64,000 nucleotides of DNA from Eledone cirrhosa (GCA_964016885.1 OZ024743.1:359290001-359354000), one strand, 5' to 3'; counted from the first letter of the stretch, positions 37,916 to 51,698 are shown. A program made the numbers and translations. The notes: generated by a model not told the origin, from the letters alone.

Positions 37916-39625
37916 TAGACGTGTGTAACTTCGCGGAGAAGTTTCCGTTAATTTATGTAAGAAAAAAATGTGAGTTTTTAGTTAAATTTTATATCATTGT
38001 GTAACTTGACCCCCCTATGAACTTCAGGTGGTGGGTCAACTCATTTTCGCCCCTACAGGGGCGGAATATCCATTTGAAAAATTTTTTCTCCTTCGAATCT
38101 TGGAAAAAATATTGTAAAATTTTGATTACGTTATGAACGCTGCGTCCAACGATAATGGTGGTGGAGAGGCGGTAAGACTACAAAGCTCGCAGTCAACAAC
38201 GTCTTCTTCACTAGATACTATAGAGATGGAAAGACGAAATGAAAATGTAAAAACGAATTCATATTCAAACAACACAAATGACACCAAACAATTCAATGAC
38301 AACAAAAATAACAGCAACACCAATAATGATGATAAAAGCAACAATGATAACAACAACAAAGAAAAAAATAAAGACAACAGCAATAATACCAGCATCAAAG
38401 ACAACAACAACACCAAGGAAAATACGAATAATACCAACATCGGTGACAACAAGAATAACAACAAGAATAACAACAATAATGACAACACCACCAATACGGA
38501 TTCCACAAAGAAACCAAAACTTCCTTTGCAGAGAAAGTTAAAAAAAAGGAGGAATTGATATATCTCGACATAACAAATGCTGAACTAACTTTTAAAGGAC
38601 GCTAGGAGATATGTCACTTTCGATAAAAATGGTGCTTTCAGCATCAATTCTCCGGTAGAAATTCACAAGGAAACTGCTCTCAAAACGATAGTTTTTAGGA
38701 CAGTTTCCAATTCTACCCGAAAACCAGTCCAACTGTCACAGAAAGAAATTGAACTGGTTTTCAAAAATTCAATGAATGATATTGCATTCATTCAAAGAAG
38801 CAAACTTTTTGAGAGTATTTCGGTACTCATGAAGGATCTATTGACGGCCTAAAATTACTCCGTGTCGCCAATTGTATCCAACCTGTACACCTCTTTCCCT
38901 ACATACATGGGAAAAAGGACACAAAAGATCAGAATCACGAGTGTCACAACAAAGGTGAACATATGGTGGATACTGTGCGGCTTCATCAATTTTGATGAAG
39001 ACAGAATACTGTCAGTAGGAAAGTCCCCCAGAGATGTATTCAATGGGACTAGCATTGAAGTTCTGGTGCAAATGAGCCCAGAGCGAATAGCTATGATCCC
39101 ACAACGTGTACTCCTGGACGGACTCACCTACATAAACTTTTCGGTTGAGGGTAGGCGGCCTTCATGTTACCATTGCTTTAGCAGGGGTCACCTGAGGGCT
39201 TCCTGTCCTAAATTGGTCCAGCCGTTTGGCCAAACGTTTGTTACATACATAGATACATACATACATACGGCCGTCAGCTTTATTAATATAGATAGAGATT
39301 GACATTATACAAAGAAATTTAATCCATGATACATTAAAAAAAAGACGATATTATATATTAACTGCAAAATATAATAATGTTTATTTAAGCGATCGCTAAC
39401 CGGAAGTGTTGACATTTGAAAATTTTAAAGAAGTGAATCTTTAAATAAACAATAAAATACCTTTAATCAAGAATAACGTAATTTAGTAGACAAAAATACC
39501 CTCATTTTCTTCCTTGGAAAAAGTTACATCTATGGCGCAAATTTGGTGCCGTTTAGTCCAGCCGTTTGGGCAAATGTCTGTTACATACTTACATACATAT
39601 GGCCGTCAGCTTTATTAATATAGAT
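37915..39625 (+). mobile_element. Helitron/HINE-like non-autonomous element with duplicated 3' end enclosing a Tx1 ORF1 fragment
   Basis: GTCCAGCCGTTTGG..(CATA)n..GGCCGTCAGCTTTATTAATATAGAT occurs at 39217-39294 and 39557-39625, resembling Lep1/HINE-type ends (from recall). Confidence 0.5.
38133..39210 (+). pseudogene. Tx1 ORF1 (paralog of 32629-33540) with Asn-rich N-terminus, truncated after the zinc knuckle
   Basis: FPTYMGKRTQKI..IWWILCGF..VQMSPERIAMIP..VEGRRPSCYHCFSRGHLRASCP aligns with ORF 32880-33539. Confidence 0.85.
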
Positions 39626-41172
39626 GTTCTTCTGATTTTATAATTTCAAAAATGTTTACCAATAGAGAGAAAGTCGGTTCCTAACAGCGATACAAGACTC
39701 TCTCATTGGGATTTACACAACATTATGCATGCATGTGTGTGCAGGTATGGATGTTATTGTATGTGTGGATGTGTATGTTTTGAGTTGTATGTGTGCATGT
39801 GCATGTTTGTAACTGTACATGTGTGTATATGCAGTTATTAGATGCAAAGTTTTTGGAATGTTTTACATAATTTTACTGTACTTGTAATTTCCTAACTAGT
39901 TGTGTTCTTTCTGTTCCTGTGAAGCCCAGCTTCTCAAGATTTGTATTGAGGCAGTTACTAACATATCCCAGTGTCCTAATAATCACGGGCATAAATCTGA
40001 AGGTATAGTCAGGGTGGATTATCTGCAGATTTCTCATCAGTTCTGCATAAATATTCTCCTTTTCGCTGATATTATATTGGCATCTGCAGGGCAGTTAACT
40101 TCCACTACTGTGCATGCCTTCTTTTCCCTGTTCCATATCATTATATCTGGTCTGTTATGCCTGCATTTTATTGGGGTTTTTACTGGGACATTCCGCCAGT
40201 ACTCTTTCATATTATGTATGTGTATGCCTTGCACATTCTTGAAGCCTTTAATGTGTTTATTGTCGGGGCTATCTTTTCTACGGATTGAATTGTACAGTGT
40301 TTTGGCCACTACATAATGCCTCATAGGTAGATAGTACCATGATGACGTCTTTGGACAGCTGCTTATGACATGAGTGACATCTTCGATTTTAATTCTGCAG
40401 AGTCAGAACTTGTCACATCTAGGTGTTTTGCCTGCGTCCCTACCTCTTTTGTGAATCAGGTATTTTGTGTTGATTTCCTATTCTTGGATTGCAAAAGCGT
40501 ATCCTTCAAAGTCAGAGCCAATATAGCGGTTGTTGGTCCAAGGTAGACTACTATCTTTTCGAGTTTTAACAGCAAATGCTCGGATTTCGTCTATCGTCGA
40601 ATCGAGTATTTCAAACGTTGGTGTTAGGACAGCAAACAATTTGTGAGCCACTGTTTCACTGTGCACAGAGAGTTCCGATGACTATATTTTTTATTAATCG
40701 AATGTAATATTCCCTGGTTAAGCGTTCCTTATTACAAATACCATTATAGGATATATTCTCATCTATCCCCATGTATCTGTAGCATTCCTCATCAGATATC
40801 GGTGAAACAGTTAGGCCATTGATAAAAATGTTGCTAGATTGGGTTGTAGTTTTTCACCGCTTTACAGTCATATATGAACATTTATCTTGGCCAAACTCCA
40901 TTCCTATATCCTTTGAGAATGTTGTAACCAGGTCAAGATTTTTCTTCATCCTAATTATGTTTTTGTCATAGAGTTTCACGTCATCCACAAAGAAATTATG
41001 GGTTAAGTTCGTATTTCTGTCCTCCTGACATGTATTACTTTGCCCTTCATATCTCTATAGACTGATGTTTGGTTTCGTCTGAATCTTTTATTAAATACTT
41101 TTATTTCATCTACCTTCTTCAGGTATCGGCGTTTCTCGCCGACAGCTCTCAATTCTTGTTTGAGGGTGATCA
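39626..41172 (-). mobile_element. R4/Dong-clade element, internally deleted, same family as 1097-2375
   Basis: Colinear pieces: N-terminal LKQELRA..FNKRFRRNQ (41005-41170), RT NFFVDDVKLY..GMEFGQDKC (40680-41005), FEGYAFAIQE, and NRPDIMIW endonuclease. The 3'UTR matches 2150-2375. Confidence 0.88.
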
Positions 41173-41189
41173 GTATGTATGTATGTATG

Positions 41190-42611
41190 TCTTCGAACAG
41201 GCCTTCGGGAACTGCAATCATGGTATATATGTTCGCTATCGATCAACTGGAAAGCTGTTTGATATCAGGAGGTTCAATGCTAAGTCAAAGGTTCACTTGT
41301 CACTAATCAGGGATTTGCTTTATGCAGATGACTGTGACCTGGTAGCGCACACGGAGATCGATATGCAGCATCTCATGGATGCATTTTCTAATGCGTGTAC
41401 TGCATTGGGACTTACCATAAGCCTGAAAAAGACAGTAGCCATGTACCAACCAGCCCCTGGGAAGCCATGATGTGAGCCCAACATCTTGGCTTATGGTGAT
41501 AGGCTAAGGGTCGTTGGCAGTTTTGTATATCTTGGAAGCACTCTGAGTATGTCCTGCGATCTTGATGGGGAAATATCAAACAGGATACAGAAAGCCAGTG
41601 ATGCTTTTGGAAAACTGAACAAGCGTCTCTGGTCTCAACACGGAATTTCTGTAAAGACAAAGCTCAAAGTGTATCATGCGTGTGTGCTCGCGGCACTTTT
41701 TTGTGCTTGTGAGACGTGGGTGGTCTACCGTAGACAGATGAAGCGACTTGAGAGGTTCCACCAGTACTACTTACGTCGGATCCCATAACTTGGCAAATGT
41801 TTGGTCAGTGACGTCGAGGTTCTGGACAGAAGTGGCTGTGATAGTGTCGAGTCCTTGATTTTGAAACATCAGCTGCGCTGGACAGGCCATCTTGTATGGA
41901 TGAATGACAAGCGAATGCCGAAGCAGCTGCTTTATGGCGAGCTCCAAATGGGGAAAAGGAACGCGAGCAAACCCAACATGCGTTCTAAGGACTGCATCAA
42001 GGGGGCGCTCAAGAAAAGTAACATCCCTTATGAGCACTGGGAAGCATGCGCTAGCGACCGATCGCATTAGAGGAAAACAGTGGCTAGTGGCAAGAGTCTA
42101 TTTGAGGAAACAAGAAGGCACGCGACACTAAAAAGAGATGTCCGGAAAGGAATGCATGTTGGTCTTCCCGAAGGCACTGTCAGACGGCCTGACCTGACAT
42201 GTGAGACCTGTAATAGGGTTTGTCTGAGCATGGCAGATCTAAAGAGTCAACTGAGATTGCACAAGAACAGGGAATCAGGCACCTGTTGAGCTATAAGTGT
42301 TCATCAGACGACGACATGTAATGTTTGTGGAAGGGTATGCAGGTCGAGTAGTTATCTCACACGACACCTTGGGTCACATGGTACTATGGGCCCAGCACTA
42401 GGTGTCAATAATTCTCACAAGTGTAGTGTTTGTACCAGAGTTTTCAAGTCGCTGGCTGGACTAAAAAGTCACAGTCGTTCAGCGCATCGGTAGGGGTTCT
42501 CCTACATGGATATAAAGTAGTGGCCGTACTCGAAAACGAGTTGGCAGATACCATGTATGTATGTATGTATGTATGTATGTATGTATGTATGTATGTATGT
42601 ATGTATGTATG
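41190..42611 (+). mobile_element. RTE-clade LINE 3' part with C-terminal C2H2 fingers and (TATG)n tail
   Basis: RDLLYADDCDLVAH..GLTISLKKT..FVYLGSTLS..CETW..QLRWTGHLV..RMPKQLLYGEL, then three CxxC..H motifs at 42198-42487. Confidence 0.92.
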
Positions 42612-43154
42612 TCTCATGGTCGGGATGTTGGCGACTAAACTCGCAACCCCACCAATGTTTCTTGATGAGGAGGGTGACTTTGGACATCCTGCAGGACTAA
42701 AAACAAAACCTGTCAAAGAGCAAAGGAGCTCTTAAGAGTCAATGGCCATCCAAAATCACCGGGAGAGATGACCCCTTAGCCTTTGTCAAGGCATATTTAT
42801 AGAAGGAAAATTCTGATATAACACCTACAACCCTGATGGTATCCAATGATGTTGACTCGTTCTTCTTTTTGGTAAATATCATCTTGGTTAAGAGAGTGGG
42901 ACTGGCTTTGTGCAGTGCCTTTGTTCACTATAAAAGCTTCACGGCACAGGCATTGCTTTATATCTGGAGATCTCTCTGCACTTGTCGTCACATGGTACCA
43001 TGGGCCCAGCACTATGTGTCAATAATTGTCACAAGTGTAGTGTTTGTACCAGAGTTTTCAAGTCGCTGGCTGGACTAAAAAGTCACACTCGCTAGGGGTT
43101 CTCCTACATGGATATGAAGTAGTCGCCGTACTCGAAAACGAGTTGGCAGCCACC
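42612..43154 (+). mobile_element. Non-autonomous RTE-derived element directly behind the LINE tail
   Basis: Same family as 7098 and 19463. Ends CTCGAAAACGAGTTGGCAGCCACCAT. Confidence 0.9.
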
Positions 43155-43941
43155 ATATATATATATGGTCGCGTGCGTGCGTGTGATTAGATGTACATGT
43201 ATGTATATATATATATGTGCTTCGTGTGTTTGTATGCGCGCTTTTGTATGTATGTACGCATGTATGTGCTTTTGTCTATACGTATTTATATATATATTTT
43301 TATATATATATGTGTGTACGGACCTCTGTATGTTTTCTATTTTTTTAGTGTTACTTTATAATTGATAACCCCTCCTCTTACTTTCTCTTTGATTTAATTT
43401 TTTTATTCTCATATATTTTTTCATTTTTTCATTTTTTCATTTTCATATTTTATATTTTCATATATGCATCGACCTTCAGCCTGACACAGCTTTGACTGAT
43501 ACACTCCCTTCCCTGTATATATCACATGCATATATGTGGTTGCGTGTGTTTGTGTGTTTATACGCGTGCTTTCATACTTGTATGTGTATATATTTCAATC
43601 CTTAGTCCCTGAATTTATATGTACGCTAACTCTATTATCTTACAATTTCTTTTTACGACATATATTATATACGGATTTGTGGTCACACAACACTGATATA
43701 CGTGCCCTCATGTATGTACTTACGCATACATGTTTTCACTATACACATTTGTACATACACACATATGTACATTTGTAGCTGCATATACACACATTTATAC
43801 ACATACCCTTACTATATTTCCTTATTTTATTTTTTATATATCTCTTGCATTACTTTTATTTATATAATTTTCTTTTTTTTTTGCCCGTTAAACTTTTGCC
43901 TTTCTTGAGGAGATTTTTCAAATATTTCACTATGTTTTAAA

Positions 43942-44015
43942 TTGCCTTATCTGACGAACGAATGAGGACGTTTCTTGCATTCGTTTTATTCGGGAAACCT
44001 CTGGTAATGAGGTAA
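43942..44015 (+). ncRNA. Type I hammerhead (9-bp stem I, 36-nt helix II) at the end of a low-complexity PLE-type 3' region
   Basis: TTGCCTTAT-CTGACGA-ACGAATGAGGACG..CGTTTTATTCGG-GAAA-CCtctGG-TA-ATGAGGTAA. Confidence 0.85.
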
Positions 44016-44039
44016 TTATATTGTATTGTATGTATGTAT

Positions 44040-44645
44040 GTCGGGTCACTCTTGAGTGCTAGTGGTTACATGTATACCATTAGAAGCTGTCGCATGGTCG
44101 GTGACTAAACCGGCAACCACACCAACTTTACTTGGCGAAGAAGGTGATTTTCGACATCCTCCAGGACAAAAACCAAAACCTGACAAATGGCGGAAAAAGT
44201 CATAGAGTAAACGGCCATCCAAAATTGTGTAAATATGTATATACACATGTACATATGTATACACATGTGTGCATGCATGTGTATGTATATGCGCGGGGAC
44301 ATAAAATTAGTCGGGTTAGACACCCGATCGCGCAGTTGAACCAATGGGAGTGAAGGACCCCTAGCCTTTGTCAGGGCATTCTTCAAGGAGAAGGCAACTC
44401 AGGAAACTGGGATAAATCCGACATAAAATCTGTGGCTCAGTAGTTACCGATGATATTGATCCTTTCTTTTCGGGTTATAGCTACTGTCGCTCGGAGAGTG
44501 GGATTGGCTCAGTGCACAGTCTTTCCTCACTTAAAAAAAATCTTCACCCACAGGCATTGCACGATATAATTAATCAATAATTATTAATAATGGTATATCG
44601 TGCAATGACCTTACTCGATAACGAAGGGGCAGCCATCATGTATGT
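44040..44645 (+). mobile_element. Divergent non-autonomous RTE-derived element
   Basis: GTGACTAAACCGGCAAC..CTTGGCGAAGAAGGTGA..GGCCATCCAAAAT..CCCCTAGCCTTTGTCAGGGCA, ending ACTCGATAACGAAGGGGCAGCCATCATGTATGT. Confidence 0.75.
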
Positions 44646-44869
44646 CCATACATACACATAATTTGATTGATTAAATATAATTAAATGTATCTTCTTATAG
44701 TTCAATCAATTTATTTTGAATTTTCTAAAGTGTGTTAAAATTTTATACTTTACTAATTGGAAATTTGTTCGTGCATTGCGCATGTCTAGCTATCTATAGA
44801 ATTTTAAGGTGGGATCACGTCTTAGACGTGTCTTAGACGAGCCCGATCCATTTACCCTCTCATTCACCT

Positions 44870-46660
44870 CTCGTTCGGAAGACCCAACTTACTCATGGCC
44901 GCTGACAACAGGGTAACTTCCGCCACGGGTGTCCAGCAAGGAGACCCACTCGGCCCGCTTCCCTTTGCGCTGGCAGTCGACGACGTTACCTGCTCGCCCC
45001 TTAACGTTTGGTACCTGGACGACACGACCCTGGGTGGTCCTATTGAGACGGTAATTGAAGACCTTCGGCAAGTCATCCCTAAAGCTCGCCGGTCTTAAGA
45101 TCAACCCATCTAAGTCTGAGGTGACAAACGTTAGCTACGGAAAGGTCAAATTCCACAACACTGTACTCAACACCCATCCCGTCCTGTCCCGGGCCCGACT
45201 AACACCCTAACACACCGCATACATTCTCGGTTCTCCAATTCTTTCGAAAGCCATCAGAGAACGCCCGGAGACCAATCATGCAGATTTTTCCCTAATGGCT
45301 GAGAGGCTGCGTTTCGTTGACGTTCATCCGGCACTCTTCCCCTCGAAGAACTGCTTCGTCCTCCCCAAATTTTTGTTCATGCTGCGCGTTGCATATTGTC
45401 ACCCCCACACAGATCTTCTGGATGAACTCGATGCTACCATCCGGCGCTGTGCGGTAATCATCTGCAATGTTAGTTTCGACAGCGCCGGCTGGCAATAGCT
45501 AAATTCCCAGCGAAGTTCGGTGACTTCATCCTCCGATCAGCTTTGGATCTGGATCTACCTGCCTATCTCTCCTAAATCTACTCCAGTCGCGCTCTCATCA
45601 GCAACGTTCTCGGCAAGACGGCCGAACCTAACGTGGCCTCAGAGCTTGAACAGCCTCGGCCGACTGGACAGGAGAAGGCCTCTCTGCCCCTCAGTATACA
45701 AATGTCCAACGTAACTGGGACGACATCAAATGCAGGTCTTCCTTCAGCGGATCGAGTCTGGCCTGGACCAACACCAACTCACCTGCAACCGTTCCGCTTC
45801 AAAGCCAAACAACGGCACGTGGCTGAATTCGGTGCCCTCCTCATCAACTGGTACCCTTCTTGATGACGAGTGCACTCGCGTATGTGAGCCACATAAATAC
45901 CGTTGTTGGGCGGTCAATGAGAAGTTTGGCCTGCACACACTCTCTTGCCGTCAGCGTGCAGGCCGGTTCCCCTGACATGCCGCTCTCAACGACATATTGA
46001 GAATGAGCCTGGGCGTAGCTGGCTTCCCATCACAACTGGAGCCAGCAGGCCTTGACCGCAGAGACGGCAAACACCTCGACGGGATCACCCTCTTCCCATT
46101 CGAAGGAGGTAGATCCCTCATCCGGAACACCACATGTTATCACACGTTCGCCGCCTTCAACTTAGTCGTTTCGACCACAAACCCTGGTACCGTGGCCCGA
46201 AATGCAGAGGAAAGGAAGATAAACAAATACCGGGAATTGGCCGGTCACTTCCTTTTCGCACCGGTCGCCGTCGAGATCTCAGTCGTGGACCCCGTACTGT
46301 TGAGCTCCTCCGCAAGATCGGAACGTCAGCAGCCTTACTGAAGAAGGAGCCCTACGAGGTGGGATGTCTGTTGAGGCGGGTGTCGCTGGCTATTGTCTGC
46401 GGGAATGCTTTTGCGGTCTTGTCTGTGGGGCGCAGCCCCAATAGTGCCGTGCCCTAGGCCCAGAACTCACCACCCTTCATATTCCCCCCCCCATTCTTCT
46501 GTGACACTAGAGCCATTGCTTTCCCCCTCTTTTTCCGTTTTTATATTTTTATACTTTCTTATTTTACATTCCAATCTTTCTTCTCAATCTACTTTTTTTC
46601 TTTTTCCATTTAATATAATAACAAACAGGATGTTAATAATAACAAACAGGATGTTACAAA
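44870..46660 (+). mobile_element. CRE-clade non-LTR retrotransposon, 5'-truncated and degenerate
   Basis: GVQQGDPLGPLPFALA..WYLDDTTLGG..LKINPSKSE..WLNSVPSSSTGTLLDD..GLHTLSC..LEPAGLDRRDGKHLDGITLFPF..KINKY..FAPVAVE. GC-rich relative to the flanks. Confidence 0.85.
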
Positions 46661-46684
46661 TATTTGTGAAAATACACCATCGGT

Positions 46685-46815
46685 GGTATTGGGTTACACT
46701 TATTTTACTCCTCCCCACATAAAATGATAATTGACCTAAGTGCAATTTGAACTCAAAGAGACGTAAGTAAATGCCAAAACCCATTTTATTCGTCCCGCTA
46801 TCGAATCTGCCAGTT
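46685..46815 (-). mobile_element. Degenerate tRNA-derived SINE
   Basis: TTGACCTAAGTGCAATTTGAACTCAAAGAGACGTAAG..TCTGCCAGTTCG. Confidence 0.5.
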
Positions 46816-48215
46816 CGTACGATTACATTATAGGAAAGACGCAGTAATGGCTGTATCATCAAGAAGATCATTTTATAACTTTGTCTATCTGATTGCACAG
46901 CGCATTGGTGAGAATTAATTTGACGGGGATTAAATCCTTCATATTTTTTCGACCCGCATTGCTTTGTGCGGATTAAGAAAATTTTAAGACCCGAAGTAAA
47001 CATTGCCGTTTATGTTTCGATAAAATGTAGTACCAGAGCCGATTTAATATCCTTATAAAGCATCCTGGATGTGAATTGAATCATAATAGAATACCTACGA
47101 CCTAAGATTAATTACACTTAAAACAAAAATGAAAATTTGTTCAGAAAAAAAGAGGGGGCGTATAATATGTTGAGGCTCCCGCAGACTGGTAAAATTGAGG
47201 TGACTGATATACTGACCGAATACCTGCGCATTAGTGCTTAAAAACCAAATGTGGGAAGTGCGTGAGAATTAGTAGTCTAATCTGAACGGTTGTAGCAGGG
47301 TGAATCAGAATAAAGACACCCATGAACCAACTGTTATTTTAGTTTTGTTGTTTATTTTCAAGTCTGACCTAGGTGAGCAAACATTATTCCAAGTTCTAAA
47401 TTTCATTTTCAATAAAGTGGGAGAAATAATAGAACCCCGCATTGATTGTATTATACTATTTAGTCTCTGGATTTTATATTCTGAGTTCTAGCCACGCTGG
47501 AGTCAACTTTATCTCTTGGATTTCATACAATAGCTAATTTAATTGATTATATAGCTTCTTTACAAATACGTGGCATTGTTCCATAAAAAATACAAATCAT
47601 CGTCATTATCATCACAATGATGATGATGTTGATCATCATCCTCATCATCTTCATCAGTAACATTATTTTATTACAATGATATTCACAGATGCCATGATGA
47701 TGTTTGCGAAATAGTTAATACGTTTTACAAAATGACTAAACCGCTTTCCACAGGGAAAAGCTGTATTTTACTATTGAATGAAAAAAGAAAAAGAAAACAG
47801 CAAAAAAGAAAAATGAGAGAAATGATTTTAAGCCGAGATCGGAATAATAAAATTTCCCATCGAAGCAGGCCACTTCTCCATTCCCTCGCCTCACAAGACC
47901 TATACTACTTACCTCTTCTCATCAAACTTCTTTTTGTCTCTACATCACATCAATCTCCTCGTTAAGGAAGAAATGTGTTTGGATTTCGGCCAGAAACCAG
48001 CCTTTTAATTTGTGAAACAAAGTAAAGTCAGCACTTAACAATGTAAATTGGCAATGATTCTTTCGAAAGAAAACAAAACAGAACAAAAAAAAACAAACAA
48101 AGAAGAATTATAACAAATAAAATAAATGATACTTTCTTACATATGAAAGCATGCGTTCCTAATATTCTTCTAATATACACTTGCATTACTTCTAACATAA
48201 TGACCTATGCACATG

Positions 48216-48261
<46 letters not shown>

Positions 48262-48328
48262 CACTTATATACATATTTATATACATGCTGTACTTATACA
48301 CCCAGACGCACGCGCGCACACACGCACG

Positions 48329-48361
<33 letters not shown>

Positions 48362-48931
48362 GAATAACGTTCGTCTGTATCGACGAGGAGTGTTTTCTAG
48401 TTAGATGTTCGGTTATTGCGGCTGCCTAGGCGAAACAACAACCATAACTGTAAACGTCTTGATCTCACCTACTGCATCCCCATTTATTTTCTTGTTATTA
48501 TTGAGCTATTTTACATCACAAAACCTGCATGAATAATTAAATAAGCTACCTTCATTTTGATGGTAGATGTTTGATGGTAGACATGCATACTTATATCTTC
48601 ACAGTACTCAAATTACTTAATCGTACAATAATATATTACGAGTGATAATAACCCTTAACCAATCCTTCCGTCTACCATCACCCATCCACTCCAACATGTC
48701 TCTCATATTCCATGAACAAGTTTCTTCTTCTCCATGTTAAAATGTATGTATGTATATATATGGTCCCGCAACCCCTGATAGAGTCGTAGGGGTGCTGTAT
48801 TGGCATATGGGGTTTCTTGGGCATTTTTAAGCCACGTCGAGTCCATTCCTTTCCAAGCCTGAGTACGGATGATTTCTTCCAGAGATAGATAGAAAGTGAG
48901 AGAGAGGAAATGAGAAAGAGATATAGAAGAA

Positions 48932-49090
48932 GAATCGACCCCAGTACTAGACTGGTATTTTATTTATTGACTGCGAAAGGATGAAAGGCAAAGTTGACCT
49001 CGGAGAGATTTGAACCGAGAAAGCAGAGAACCGGATCGAATACCATAAAGCATTCTATCCGACGTTTTAACGACTGCAAATTCGCCGCCT
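48932..49090 (-). mobile_element. tRNA-derived SINE
   Basis: TCGACCCCAGTACTAGACTGGTATTTTATTT..GAAAGGATGAAAGGCAAAGTTGACCTCGG..ATTTGAAC. Confidence 0.75.
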
Positions 49091-49247
49091 ATATGTTATA
49101 GTAGGGAAATGAAAAAAAAAAGAGTGTTATGACATTTTCATCAGTTTTCACTCTTTAATCTTTCCCTTTTATATACTTAACCTACATGAATTGTTGATAT
49201 GGGAATCACGCAACACATGCAAGCTTTGTCCCTCACTCTATCCCCCA

Positions 49248-50110
<863 letters not shown>

Positions 50111-50319
50111 TGTGGACAGATACACACACACAAACTCACATGGTACATATATGCACACATGCATACGTCAATATATATACGTTAAATGATATTTCCTCTT
50201 TTCCACATTCATGCCCTCTTTGATATTAGGACTACATTAATAATTTACAGACGCATATATCGTTACAACCCCAGAGAGATTGGACACGCACGAATTCCTC
50301 CCCACACACAGACGCCCGT

Positions 50320-50355
<36 letters not shown>

Positions 50356-50465
50356 CCTGGAAAGTTTCTTCACGCCTATGTGCCCAGTTTCACAGACACA
50401 TACATACACATACTGATATAAACATTTTCTGTTACTTTTATCACAAAGTATGTAGTACGACCTAG

Positions 50466-50595
50466 TAAAGGCTTCTCTACACACTCAGAGGGACTACTAA
50501 AGGCTTCTCTACACACTCAGAGGGACTACTAAAGGCTTCTCTACACACTCAGAGGGACTACTAAAGGCTTCTCTACACACTCAGAGGGACTAAAG
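50466..50595. repeat. 32-bp tandem repeat, 4 units
   Basis: TAAAGGCTTCTCTACACACTCAGAGGGACTAC at 50466, 50498, 50530 and 50562. Confidence 0.95.
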
Positions 50596-51475
50596 TAAAA
50601 TTCTCATGTTTCTTACGGTTTACACACTACTGTCTTAAAGCAACCAAGTGATGTATTCACCGCTGCCATAAAAAAGAGAGAAAAAATTAGAAATGAAAAA
50701 AAAAAAACAAGAACAACAAAAAATATATAATCATCACAACTGGAACTATTTCAACATGATGATGATGATGATGATTATGATGATGATAGAGTTGATGAAG
50801 ATGATTCACCAGTCGGTTAAACATTCAATTCCATAAATGGTTGAGTATTCCACAGAGAAGCGTGTCCTTAACGTAATTTCCAATTTAAATCAGCACCAAG
50901 ACATGAATTTCAAATTAGTGGCACGATATATCTGACGAGCTCCCCCCCAGTTTTCTTCTACCGAATTTCTCAAACAAGGCTTTATTCAATTCGAGGCTAT
51001 GGTGAATCCAACAAGAAAGCGTTTGAATATTCCATGGACACATGTGGTCTCTTAACGTAATTCCAAAACCGAATCAGCGTGACACAATATGTGACGAGGC
51101 TGGATCTTTGAAATACAGGCACAATCCACGCGACAGATTTGGGTCATCATGAGGCTATGGTAAATATACATTGGGTTCGAATGCTAAACCTCATGAACAA
51201 CAACAAAGTAAACACGCATGTACACAGCACGATAGGGAAGGCAAATAGACTTATTATCTATTATCATTACATTCACTATCGCATTTGCTCAAATCAAAAT
51301 TGCCGTACATAACATCGCATCACAACTTACCACTAAATAGAATTCGATACAATTAGATTATTCGAGTCTCTGCTTTCAAACGATTTTCTTGAATAAGATG
51401 TAACATGTAAATAGCAGCAAATCGACTATAGCTATTGTTCGTATGCCAAAATATACTTGTGTCCGATTGAGAAAT

Positions 51476-51550
<75 letters not shown>

Positions 51551-51551
51551 C

Positions 51552-51648
<97 letters not shown>

Positions 51649-51698
51649 TATATATATATATATATATATATAGTAATAATAATATATATATATATATC

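Noticed and set aside
38133-38558. Asn-rich 141-aa ORF as a host or prion-like gene
   Set aside because: It is continuous, via frameshifts, with the Tx1 ORF1 remnant, so it is the retroelement's low-complexity N-terminus.
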